A stretch of DNA of 64,000 nucleotides. Origin: Octopus vulgaris (lineage: Eukaryota). Made by a program: the position numbers and the translations under genes. The stretch is from the NCBI GenBank assembly GCA_951406725.2, contig OX597817.1, positions 127,596,001-127,660,000 on the forward strand, in the 5' to 3' direction. The notes under the pieces were generated by a model. That model had not been told where the DNA came from and did not search any database. It saw only the letters and a program-made list of their open reading frames with translations. Shown here piece after piece: positions 12,823 through 25,899 of the stretch (positions within the stretch are counted from its first letter, which is position 1; each line of letters opens with the position of its first letter).

Positions 12823-13569
12823 AATTGTGGACAACAACATAAGCTGGGCCACTCATATAAACACCAAAGTTGACATGGCCCGCAGAATGTGTTCCTGGAT
12901 TCTCAGAACTTTCCAGTCGAGAGATATCCACACCATTATCCTTCTCTTCTCCACTTTTGCCCGACCCCACCTTGAATACTGTTGTCCACTGTGGTCTCCC
13001 CACACAATACAAGGTATCATAAAAGTTGAAGCACCTCAATGGGCAATCACAAAAAAGATAGATGGCATGACAGGCCTCGACTATTGGGGTCGACTAGAAA
13101 AGCTAAAACTCTATTCTCTCCAACGTCGTCGTGAGCGCTACATCATCTGCATGATGTGGAAAATATTCCATCAGCATTGCCCAAATGATGTTGGCATCAC
13201 CTTTAAGGTACATCCAAGGCTTGGGCCCCGTGCCATCCGCCCAAAACAAAAATCGCACTCTCATCTCATAACAACAATACGGCACAATTATTTCACCTCA
13301 ATTGGCCCCTCTCTCTTTAACATTACACCAAAACACATTAAAACAGAAACTGACCCTATAGGGTTCAAGAAGTCTTTGGACAGATTCCTTCAAGAAATCC
13401 CGGATAAACCCCCTACACCCTATGTCTCTGTAAACAATAACTCTCTACTTGAGTGGGCCATAGTGCCCAAATTCTGACTTGAAAGACTTCACCAGGTGGT
13501 GCTACTAAGTTAGACATGGCCTGGGCCAATAATGGCCGAAACCTATCAAAGTATCAAAGTATCAAAGTA
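12823..13569 (+). mobile_element. 5'-truncated CR1-clade LINE (ORF2 C-terminus and 3' tail)
   Basis: Uninterrupted 216-aa ORF 12827-13477 with [23 protein letters not shown] and FKKSLDRFL..PDKP. Tail (ATCAAAGT)x3. Confidence 0.92.
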
Positions 13570-13712
13570 TACATATATATATATACATATATATATATAT
13601 ACATATATATATACATATATATATATACATATATATATATATACATATATATATACATATATATATATACATATATATATATATACATATATATATATGC
13701 ATATATATATAC

Positions 13713-13763
<51 letters not shown>

Positions 13764-13858
13764 TATATACATACATATATATATATACATACATATATAT
13801 ATATACATATATATATACATACATATATATATATACATATATATATACATATATATAT

Positions 13859-13943
<85 letters not shown>

Positions 13944-14016
13944 CATATATATATACATATATATATACATATATATACACATATATATATACATATATAT
14001 ATATATACATATATAT

Positions 14017-14073
<57 letters not shown>

Positions 14074-14258
14074 TATATACATACATATATATATATACAT
14101 ACATATATATATATATACATATATATATACATACATATATATATATATATATACGTATATATATATACATATATATATATACATACATATATATATATAC
14201 ATATATATATATACATATATGTATATATATATACATATATATATATACATATATATAC

Positions 14259-14307
<49 letters not shown>

Positions 14308-14435
14308 TATATACACATATATATATACATATATATATATACATATATATATATACATACATATATATATATACACATATATATATATATATATAAATAT
14401 ATATATATAATATATATATATACATATATATATAC

Positions 14436-14501
<66 letters not shown>

Positions 14502-14510
14502 ATATATATA
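13570..14510. repeat. ~940-bp (TA)n array with frequent TACA interruptions
   Basis: Seen directly. Confidence 0.95.
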
Positions 14511-14722
14511 CGCCCTCATTTGATTTTAATTCTTAATTAATATGTTCTCAAACCGGCGTAAACTACTGCAGTGAATTGTTTATGCAGTATTTATTTCCGG
14601 GAATTTAACACGCTGGAACGAGGGCATTTGAATATAACTAGGAATATAATATGCCGTACTGCTCGTGTTTTTGATCTCATGTTAAGATATGGCGTGCAGT
14701 TCGACAAATTATATTTTTGACG

Positions 14723-14801
14723 GACGCCACTGATGATCTGCAAATTAATTGTATGAGTAAAATTGCATAATTTATTAACAGTGAAACAATTGTATGGGGT
14801 T
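14723..14801 (+). ncRNA. Type I hammerhead ribozyme motif (C3-G8 core)
   Basis: gacgcca-CTGATGA-t-ctg..cag-t-GAAA-caattg-TA-tggggtt. Stem I 6/7 pairs; palindromic loop III. Confidence 0.75.
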
Positions 14802-14923
14802 AATCTATATTTTTGTTATTTTTCATTTGTCCTGCGCGCTTACGTTCATAGTGTGCTAAGTTTTTCTTGAGAACAATTTTTAGTGGTTAGCGTAAGGGCG
14901 TCCACTTTAGTGGATTCTCTCTC

Positions 14924-14990
<67 letters not shown>

Positions 14991-15054
14991 AGTTTTCTTG
15001 AGAACAATTTTTAGTGGTTAGCGTAAGGGCGTCCACTTTAGTGGATTCTCTCTC

Positions 15055-15114
<60 letters not shown>

Positions 15115-15236
15115 GAGAGAGAATCCACTAAAGTGGACGCCCTTACGCTAACCACTAAAAATTGTTCTCAAGAAAAACTTAGCACACTATGAACGTAAGC
15201 GCGCAGGACAAATGAAAAATAACAAAAATATAGATT

Positions 15237-15315
15237 AACCCCATACAATTGTTTCACTGTTAATAAATTATGCAATTTTACTCATACAATTAATTTGCAG
15301 ATCATCAGTGGCGTC
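15237..15315 (-). ncRNA. Type I hammerhead motif, mirror copy, same sense as the PLE ORF
   Basis: Reverse complement of 14723-14801. Confidence 0.75.
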
Positions 15316-16116
15316 CGTCAAAAATATAATTTGTCGAACTGCACGCCATATCTTAACATGAGATCAAAACACGAGCAGTACGGCATATTATATTCCTAGT
15401 TATATTCAAATGCCCTCGTTCCAGCGTGTTAAATTCCCGGAAATAAATACTGCATAAACAATTCACTGCAGTAGTTTACGCCGGTTTGAGAACATATTAA
15501 TTAAGAATTAAAATCAAATGAGAAGGGCGTCCACTTTAGTGGATTCTCTCTCATATGTGTATTAATAATATTTACTGAATCTCAATTTTTTTATGCGCTA
15601 AACCACTGGTGTTAAATTGATGTTATTAAATTAATATACAATTTTTTCACCCTCATTTTGGGGGAGAGGGGTTATAATTTTATATATTTTTCATTTTATT
15701 ATACGTAAAGTTATTCTTATGTCGGCATTTTTTTCCTCTCTCTTCAATACTCTTCAGCAATACCTCTCTCGACCGGAGTATTTTCATAAACTCTGTTGTG
15801 CATAATAAGCACATTTTATTACCTATTCTATATGACTTCGATCTGCAAATGTAGCGTTGATCAAAAATATCTTCTTTCCTCACAGACTAATAACAGGTAA
15901 ATTATATAGATTTTTTCAAATAATTTTATTGTATTTTATAGTAGTTTTTTTAAATGCTTATATTATTTTATTGGATGAGTTGCGGTTCTATTAGTAAAAT
16001 CCCAAATTTGTAATAATATTATAAATGATATTATTTACATTGCATTTGTAAAGTGTAAAATCGCAAATATCCTGATAACCTGGAATACTTATTATTCCCT
16101 AAGATTTTATATATAT

Positions 16117-16466
16117 AACAATTGCAGCGTGGAAGGTGTTTACAAGCTATTTAATAAACACACAAATCCGTTAGATTCACTTCAACATTTAAATTTAATT
16201 TGCCAAAATATTTTCCTCGCATTGAGTCCGCGACCTGTTCACTGACAAAATTCTGTGCAGCACGGAATTTTGTCAGTGAAAAGGTCGCGGACTCAAAGCG
16301 AGGAAAATATTTTGGCAAATTAAATTTAAATGATGAAGTAAATCTAACGGTTTTTGTGTGTTTATTAAAGGGCTTGTAAACACCTTCCACGCTGCAATTG
16401 TTTTCGTTCCAACACACGATCTCTGACCCCAGATCAATTGCTACGCAAGTACATCTCCGTAAATCT

Positions 16467-16469
<3 letters not shown>
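16117..16469. mobile_element. Fold-back element (~142-bp arms plus unique tail) between TA tracts, probably PLE pLTR-derived
   Basis: 16117-16258 is an imperfect reverse complement of 16260-16402, with several substitutions. Each arm has a hammerhead fold. Confidence 0.8.
16199..16249 (-). ncRNA. Hammerhead motif with G3-C8 core
   Basis: Minus strand reads tttgtca-GTGAACA-gg-tcgc-ggactcaat-gcga-g-GAAA-atat-TT-tggcaaa, with a 7-bp stem I. The plus-strand twin at 16269-16319 has core GTGAAAA. Confidence 0.65.
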
Positions 16470-16529
<60 letters not shown>

Positions 16530-17639
16530 TGTATGTATGTATGTATGTATGTATGTGAGAAAGTGTATGTGAACATAAGGAATTATGTGAATGTGTAACA
16601 GTGAAAGACGTTAAAGAATTTTTATACTGTCTATTTTTTGTAATGTCGTGGAAATTAGAAATACATAATTCAGCCTAGTAATCTACTAAATTACACATAT
16701 ACATAACAAATATTCACCTTCGGATATCATATCTGATGTTTTTATCAAGTACCGGATATACGCAGAAAGCGTTATCGTTCTAATCTATTCTAATTACATA
16801 TGGGATATCGAGTCTTAAATCTCTTAGCTGTTCAATCTACATGAGATTTGCTGGTGGTGAAAGTGCCCACCATACACTTATATGTTCCTTAATTCATTGT
16901 ACAATTCCCATTTGAAGAGGCATTATTTATATTAACACAATTATAATTTTCATACTAGGTAGCGTCACTTTAAGCAGTAGAATTATTAATAATTATTAAT
17001 CTAGCTTCTCTCGAAAACGATGTAATGCTTTGCACGGGTAATTTGATTGTATTCCTGCTAAAGATCTAATATCTACGAATGTATGTGTGAGAACATATTT
17101 CTTGAGTAAAAGAAAAATTAGCTATAGGTGTGGCAACTCCCATAGTGGGTTATGCCAATTAATATATGCATAGAAGAAGTTTGCCTAATTTTACGTTCGT
17201 GATTAATATTATACAGCTTATCCTTACGACTAGTTCGAGTTGTGTGTATGTGTGTGTGCGCGCGCATGTATAGGATGTGCATATCAACACAAATAACCCG
17301 TTGTACTTAAAGTGTATGAGAACTCAATTAGTCCTTCGATAAACAGATTTCAATAAAATGTGTATCAAACTAAGGCCAGGGATTAGTACAATTGATTTAA
17401 ACGCTTGAAACTGGTGACCCAGTGTGTCAAAAGTCTGTTGTTCAAAAGTAGGAAATAATATTTCATATAGAAATCAGAGTTCAAGCGTGTAAAAGAGATA
17501 AATCAATGCTCTAATGATTGGAAGTCATATTAATAAAGTGTTCTTTATTTCTAACTGGTGAAGCATAAATGAATCAGTGGAATTATAAATGATACCTCGC
17601 TCTCTAAGAAATAGCACCAAAAATTTCCCTCAGTCCTAA

Positions 17640-17858
17640 ATTGGTTTCAAATTTTGGCACAAGACCAGTAATTTCGTGGTAGGGGTAAATCGTTTACATT
17701 AACTCCAGTGATTACCTGCTAACTTAGTTTATCGATCCCGAAAGAATGAAAGACAAAATGGATCCCGGTGGCATTTGAATTCAGAATGTAAAGTCGGAAG
17801 AAATGATACTAAGCATTTTTTTCCGGTGCGATATCGATTATGCCAGCTCGCCGCCTTT
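17640..17858 (-). mobile_element. SINE family B
   Basis: Ends gccagctcgccgcctt, the reverse complement of the head. Confidence 0.85.
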
Positions 17859-18168
17859 CCTAAATTACCATCATACAAAAAAGACACAGAATACAGGTTG
17901 AATTAATAAATATACAGAAAGATGGATGGTCAGGACAAAATCATATCTGATTATAATGTTGCTAGAGTAGGGGCTTTGTGATGTTCACAACAACAGCAAT
18001 AGCACCAACAGCTGCAGTAGCTGAACCATTTCCTCCAAAAGTGAAACCCTAAACTATTAAAAATGTTGAAAAGTTGCCTCAAAGCAATACATTCAATAAT
18101 ATAATAGTATAAACCATGACACACTATCTCCAAAATTTTACACAATTCCCTCTCTCTCACTCTCCCTT

Positions 18169-18201
<33 letters not shown>

Positions 18202-18237
18202 TTCTTTCTGTTAATATATATATATATATATATATAC

Positions 18238-18321
<84 letters not shown>

Positions 18322-18424
18322 ATATAGGATAAAAAATTATTTCAGAAAAAATTTCACCGAAAGTGGTTGCATATTAAAATACCTTTAAAGGTTAAAATTA
18401 GTATTTGTTTATAAGATGTTTATA

Positions 18425-18491
<67 letters not shown>

Positions 18492-18532
18492 GCGTGCGTG
18501 TGTGTGTGTGTCTGTATATATGTATATATATA

Positions 18533-18892
18533 TATATTAGAAGAAATGAGGTACTCAGAAAATCGGATGGTTTATATTTACAGATATTTATTTGTATATT
18601 ACATTTTTTATACATCATGTAACTTAGATCATGTATTAGCGCTTTCTCCCATTCTAGTGGGGTTTTCAAGTTCTAGTGGGGTTTTCAAATCAAACTAAGT
18701 TCCACACAGGAACTTAGTTTGATTTGAAAACCCCACTAGAATGGGAGAAAGCGCTAATACATGATCTAAGTTATATGATGTATAAAAAATGTAATATACA
18801 AATAAATATCTGTAAATATAAACCATCCGATTTTCTGAGTACCTCATTTCTTCTAATATAAAATACCTATACATCATCTCCAAACCCTACTA
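18533..18892. mobile_element. Fold-back element (~150-bp arms, 5-nt loop, unique tail) between TA tracts
   Basis: 18533-18703 vs 18709-18860 are inverted. The left arm has an extra ttctagtggggttttcaa duplication. Confidence 0.85.
18711..18772 (+). ncRNA. Hammerhead motif with U3-A8 core
   Basis: TTGAAAA-c-ccca-ctagaa-tggg-a-GAAA-gcgc-TA. Stem I is bulged, with distal aacttag/ctaagtt. Confidence 0.55.
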
Positions 18893-19997
18893 ATATATAT
18901 ATATATATATATATGTATGTATAAGAGGTGTATGTGTGTGTGTACAGGTGTATGCGAGTGCGCGTGTGTCGCTGAATACACTATACCGCAGCTTGCAGAT
19001 ATATTGGCGACAGACCTACCAACGTTATGTCCAAAGCACGAGGGCCACAAAATTTAGCAAATAACATATATTTTTTGCTATCATTCTTCTTATTTTATAC
19101 CCTTTGTCTGGAAATCTTTCGCCATGTGGAAGAGGAGAAAAGGAGGAGACACGTTGGATGGAGAGTCACTGGAGAACTTACATCGCTTCCGCAAAAATAT
19201 CACCATGTGTGTCCTGACCTAAGAATTAGTGACCCATCATCTAGAGGCCATCTTTATATATCTGATAAGATGCGTTGGTCCTACGAGCCCACGGAGCTAT
19301 AAGTCATACTGAGCTTATTCAAACTATTATCAATACATATACACACACCAAAACTGTATACCGATGCCTAGATTACTAATTTGTAGAAAAACCTTCAACA
19401 TTGTGTTACAAAACCTCTAAGGTGCATTGGTTAATATAAATCTAGATATACTATGTATGTCTAAAAAAAAGCATACTGTATGTTCACGTCTGAACTTTCT
19501 GAATACAAGTCTCTCGACCAGAACCGTCTTCAATTTGAATGAAAATAATAACATTATTCAGTAACTAAACAACCAAATTCCTTGGAAATTACACTCAATC
19601 TTATTTACGTTAACCATAGTCTCACATACTTTATGTTCTGTTACTAGTGAAGGACATCATTCAAATATCCTGTCTCATAATGCAGGATTAAAAAGCTCGA
19701 AACTTTGAATTCTGAACTGTATTGTGTTCCTTTTACAGCGTAAATTAATTATCTTCGCGGTATTCGTTCTTGAGATTTTGGATACTTATTCATACGCTGA
19801 CGCAATATATTCTGGATTGAACGGGATTGAATTTATATTAAATAAAGAAAGAGACGTCTTAAATTTGCCAAAAACTAAGTAAAAGACGGAAAATAAAATA
19901 ATCGTTGGCCACGTTTAATCAGACTTGCACAATTACGATTGCCTTGGTTTTAGACTACAACCACCACCACCACCACCACCACTACTACTACTACTTA

Positions 19998-20030
<33 letters not shown>

Positions 20031-20789
20031 AAATACTACTACTACTAGAGTCTGATGCAATTTTGTTATATTTTATTTCAAAGTATTTTGAATGCATACA
20101 TAAAACGAAGGATTCTAGTGAAGATTATTTGTCAATTCACACAGCTAAATACATGTGTGTTTGACAAGTAACATAGTGAGGATATTATAAAACTGGCAAT
20201 GTTTAGTGATTTGGAAGATCTTTGAAATGAACTCTCCAGGTCAAAGAAAAGTGTGTCAACAGACAGCGAAGCATAAAATTAAATTGACAATATGGCTGAA
20301 GGAAAGTAATTAAATTGCTTTGATTTATGATGTCAGCATCATTGCTTTGAGACAGAGATGTTTCCACGAAGACAAGTTACTCCCCATCCATCCCTGCTTC
20401 AAGCACATACATTTTCATTCGCTTATTTCAACTCATAAATTCATCATTAAAGCAGAGCTTAAAACTGTCGGCCGTGTTAGGGGAGTTTTCTTACGACCAT
20501 GTATGTATGTGTGTGTGTGCGCGCGTGTGTATAAATAAATGTATAAATCTGTGTGTGCTCACACGCGTTTGTACATGTGGGTGTGTCTGTCTGAGTGTGT
20601 AGCTGTGTGTGAGTGGTGTGTACCTATGTGTGTGTGTGTGAGTGTGTGTGTGTGTGTGTGATTATAAGTGCTAGTATGTGTGTATATGTTTTCATTAGTT
20701 GTCGAATGTTTCCATGACAGCAGAAAAATGATACCTAGTTTATTTCGAGTGCATATGTATGTTAAGTTGACTTCTGTTTGTGTATGTAT

Positions 20790-21137
<348 letters not shown>

Positions 21138-21264
21138 TTCGTGTATGTATGTTTTCTCTGTGCGAATATAGCTATATATAAATCATGACACCGTGCATTT
21201 ATGTATAAATGCAAGTATGCAAGCATGTATGTACACATCTTTCTATCTCACCGTCTCTCTCTCT

Positions 21265-21303
<39 letters not shown>

Positions 21304-21402
21304 TATGTGTATGTGTTTGTCTTCTATTATCTTTCTATCTCTCTATATATCTATCTACTTACCTACCTGTAGAGATGCACACACACATGCAGGCGCGCAT
21401 GT

Positions 21403-21800
21403 ATTGAATTATTGCGATCGCCACAAAAATAGAACTCTCTATTCTCCACGACTCCTTAGAGAGTGCTACATCATTTCTAGAATGGAAGAAATAGTCCATT
21501 CATACCGTCCCAACGATTCGGGTATCAAGTTCATAAATCTTGCCTCTCTAGACCCCTGTACAAAAATAGAACTCACATTACGTAGCAACTTTGCCACAGC
21601 ACATTTTTACCTCCAATGATCATACTCCATTGTAAAATCATTTCGAAAGAAATCAAAGAAAAACTTATGACACCAAAACGGTACCGAAAAAATTTCTTCC
21701 ACTAAAAAGCAGTGCCCGATTTGTCAGGGTCAATGTGTTCTAAAGTACAAGTTAAAAGATTGCACTAGGTGGACCTCTTAGGTTAAACGTGGCCCGGGAC
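21403..21800 (+). mobile_element. Old degenerate copy of the CR1-like LINE 3' end
   Basis: LNYCDR..LYS..RECYII..RPNDSGIKF aligns with LDYWGR..LYS..RERYII..CPNDVGITF of the 12.8-kb ORF. Tail aaagattgcactaggtgg..ttaaacgtggcccggg resembles 13482-13525. Confidence 0.75.
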
Positions 21801-21804
21801 AATA

Positions 21805-21995
21805 ATTCTTTCTACGTTTGACACAAGTCTAGCAAGTTTTGAGAGGAGGGGAAGTTGATAACATCAACCGCATTGCTCAACTGGTACTTATTTTATCGTC
21901 CTCGAAATGACATTTGAACTCAGAGCGTTGAGAGCTGGAAGAAGTGTCGCTAAGTATTTTGCCCGGTTTGCTAACGATTCTACCAGCTCGCCGCC
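21805..21995 (-). mobile_element. SINE family B
   Basis: aactggtacttattttatcg..atttgaactcagag..ccagctcgccgcc. Confidence 0.8.
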
Positions 21996-22121
21996 AAAAA
22001 CGGCCAAGATCAAAAAGCTAAGTTACTCACACACACACACACACGCACATACGCACACACACGATTACATATATTTACATACATTTACGTACACACACAC
22101 ACACGGATGTGTATACATACA

Positions 22122-22153
<32 letters not shown>

Positions 22154-22154
22154 C

Positions 22155-22224
<70 letters not shown>

Positions 22225-23202
22225 AGTTTATGCGTATACGTTTTCGTATGTCTGTGTATAACACTCACACACACTAATACGAATTTAATAGTGTGTCACG
22301 AGAGCGTTTCGCTAAGGCCTTCGTTCTGGCCCCAAATTTTGCACGTGTACAGAGGTAATCATAATCGTTTATCTTGTACTTGTTTCAGTTGGATAGCGGT
22401 CATGCTTGGACATCGTCTTGAATGATTTTAGTCGAACAGATCGTACCGAGTACTTGTTTTTGAGACGTGGTGATATGGGTATGAACTGAGTACAGCAAGA
22501 CGGAAACTTCTATCCTTCCGATATTGTACTCGTATTTGTGCTTTAAATAAGATACATTGCTTTATCTGTATATATCAAGTTTTATATAATCTTATATATA
22601 ATTTTATGTCAATACATTCTATCAAGAATTATACGATACAGACACACATACACACACTCGCACACAGACGCACACTCATGAATGTGTTTGTGGGTATCTC
22701 TGTCTATCCATTTGTGTATCTGTCAATATAGATATACGTACATATATGTGTGTCTGCGAGTGCGTGTTAGATTAAAACAGTCAACTCATGACACTGGCTA
22801 CATACAACTGACAGAGCTCAACGATGCAGAAATTCACATCTAGTATTCTTACCGCCACTGTTGGATGATTTTTGTCTGCTACAGATATAATTATATTTTT
22901 ATAGACAGTGCATTTATAAGAGATATCATCATTGGACAAAACAAATACTGCAGTTACTTTGCCTCTTAGCATTAAATATTATACACAGATATTTGTATGA
23001 GCATAGATACAGATACATATACATATACATATATAAATATATACATGCATATATATATATATATAATTTGGGTGAACAAATTTCCAAATCAATGAGGTGT
23101 GCCCTACAGCGTTATATGCATCTACATATTGTACTTTGGGGTCTTATTTATCGTATATCTATATATTTATCTATAAATATACAAAGTATCTGATAAAAGT
23201 CA

Positions 23203-23446
23203 ATATTCAATTTTGGGGGATTAATCGATATGTGGGTATTCTATTTCAGATAATACAAAAATAACTTAATGAGTATATCTGACAGTAAACCCAGTAAACT
23301 GGTTATCTAGGTTATATCTTTTAAGTGTTATTTTGTGATATGCAAACTGATACCATGAGTTTACTATCAGATATACGCATTAGGTTATTTTTGTATTATC
23401 TGAAATAGAATACCAACTTATCGATTAATCCCCAAAAATTGAGTAT
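23203..23446. repeat. Aged inverted repeat (~90-bp arms, ~60-bp spacer)
   Basis: atattcaattttgggggattaatcgata..ctgacagtaaac vs gtttactatcag..atcgattaatccccaaaaattgagtat. Confidence 0.85.
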
Positions 23447-23547
23447 GTATATATATATATATATGTATTTATGTATGTATATATGTATATATATATATGT
23501 ATGTATGTATGTATGTTTGTATGTATGTATGTATGTATGTATGTATG

Positions 23548-23581
<34 letters not shown>

Positions 23582-23891
23582 TGTATGCATGTATGTATGT
23601 ATGTATGTATGTATGTATCTATGTATCTATGTATGTATGTATGCATGTTGATATAGTGAGGGATTGTCAATCCGGGAAAATATTTCATCAGCTCTCCGTT
23701 GGCACACCACGCTAACATTATTACTTAGATTAGTGAAGAACTCCAAGTAATATTTTGGTATGGTCCCAAGATATGGTTCATAACAGTTCTATAATATATT
23801 GTAAATACGTCAATTCTTCAAGGCGGAGCTTCAGCAAGGCTGCAGTCTAGTGACTGAAACAAGTAAAAGAATGAAACGATATGTGTATGTG

Positions 23892-23960
<69 letters not shown>

Positions 23961-23961
23961 G

Positions 23962-24014
<53 letters not shown>

Positions 24015-24335
24015 TTATATATATGTTGATGCTGTTGATGTTCTAGGTTATTTCCGATTGATTTGGCGCCTGATCAAAGTAGTGATCATCTTGTCATATG
24101 TATTTCAGTGACTGTATTTCCCGATGTGTCATTTCAAGTGTTTTGGACATGATTTAAGGGAGATGCGTTTGCTATTTGTAGCCAACAGTATGGCCATAAT
24201 CAATGTTCCTTGTTGGCTGATTCTCAGTGTTTTTTTAATGCATTTTTATGTCCTTATGTTCTTGTATGTGCGTGTATGCAGGCATCTTAATGAGAGTTTG
24301 AAACTATAAATTTTGATTTATGTATTTGTACATAC

Positions 24336-25463
24336 AGGCGCAGGAGTGGCTGTGTGGTAAGTAGCTTGCTAACCAGGAGATGCACCCTCCCTCAGTTGAA
24401 AAGAAAAAAAGAGAAAGAGGAAGAGGAAGAGAAACGGGACATTACCGGCAGTCGGTGACATAGTACCGGAATGTCCCGGAACTACGTCGGTTGGGGTTGT
24501 GCAACCGACAGGAGAAGAAACACCGTTGGCGGGAACTGTGCCGCCAACGAAAGAATTGAATATCCCGCCCCCCGGGGAAAGACGATATATTGATCTTCTT
24601 CCATAGAGGCGGAGAGATTGAAAAGGTGATGGAAAAGCACCATAAGGGAGCACCTTTAGCCTTCACACAGGACCCCGAATGGCCTCCGCAGGTAGCTGTG
24701 GAGGCCGTGGCGTTCGACGTGACGCTTGGGCTGAAGGAGCTCAATGAGGATTATAGCTTGTTCCCGGGCAACGCTAACACGGAACTCGATTTGGTTCTGA
24801 GGGAGGCGTGGTGGATGGCAGAGGATACAGACACAAGTTATTTTGAGGATGAGTCATAAATTGTGGCACTGTGTGACACAAACATGTGATAACAGGCACT
24901 TCGCTTTCTTTCTAAACCCCCTGGCTGTCAACGTGGTCTGCTCTGCAGACGGCTAGATATTTGACTGGAGGTCCGGAAAGAGGAGGAAGGGAGAAGTGAT
25001 AATGTATTTTTTTATGTTTGATAGGACGTGTTTAGATACGACTTGAGGGGCCCCGACCTAGAGCTGGCGCATTCCTAAGGGAAGTGTAAGCCAGGTCTGC
25101 GAGGAGGGGCTTTGTGCATTGTATTTATATCATATGTAATTATTGAACTATGTTGTTGTTAGTAATGGACTGTTAAGTCCAAAAATTGAAAATTTGTAAA
25201 AATTGTAAGAGGTTTAATACCTCGTTTTGTGTTTGTTTTTAAAAGAACAATGTTTTAGAGAAGCAGAAGTCTGTACTGCCTTTATGGCAAATGTTATGAA
25301 ATAAAGTAGGTTGCTAACCAACCGCATGGTTCCGGGTTCAGTCCCACAGCGTGGCATCTCGGGCAAGTGTCTTCTGCTATAGCCCCGGGCCGACCAATGC
25401 CTTGTGAGTGGATTTGGTAGAAGCCTGTCGTATATATGTATGTGTATGTGTTTGTGTGTCGTA

Positions 25464-25534
<71 letters not shown>

Positions 25535-25708
25535 TTGTCCCCCTAGCATTGCTTGACAACCGATGCTAGTGTGTTTACGGCAAAAAAGACCGATAGAATA
25601 AGTACTGGGCTTACAAAGAATAAGTTCCGGGGTCGATTTGCTCGACTAGAGGCGGTGCTCCAGCATGGCCGCAGTCAAATGACTGAAACAAGTAAAAGAG
25701 TAAAAGAG
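24336..25708 (+). mobile_element. SINE family A interrupted in its head by a 928-bp insertion
   Basis: Head 24336-24375; the body resumes at 25304. Confidence 0.9.
24376..25303 (+). mobile_element. Retroposed insert with 17-bp TSD (possibly Tx1-related, non-autonomous)
   Basis: TSD aagtag(c/g)ttgctaacca at 24359-24375 and 25304-25320. Frameshifted ORF remnant to 24859, ~440-nt UTR, AATAAA at the 3' junction. The Tx1 assignment is inference. Confidence 0.75.
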
Positions 25709-25899
25709 AGATATGCATATCTTTGCAATGTGTATATATATCTATATCGTGTATATACTACAGGCTAAAGTTCTGGAGCGTTTCACATATTTTAATTTGC
25801 ACTAATGACTTGTATTTTTACATTAAATATTTCTCTTCTGGTCTTGTGAAGACCAGTTCCTTGAAATTGGTGCTTAAGGAAATGTACCAAATATTCACA

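Larger units (their letters stand above)
14511..16107 (-). mobile_element. Penelope-like element remnant: endonuclease C-terminus, pLTR-like unit and an inverted copy of that unit
   Basis: ORF 15680-15883(-) KSYRIGNKMCLLCTTEFMKIL..LLKSIEE..KCRHKNNF matches the PLE GIY-YIG C-terminal CxLCxxE..LNxRxE..CRH pattern. 15110-15529 is the reverse complement of 14511-14929. Confidence 0.85.
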
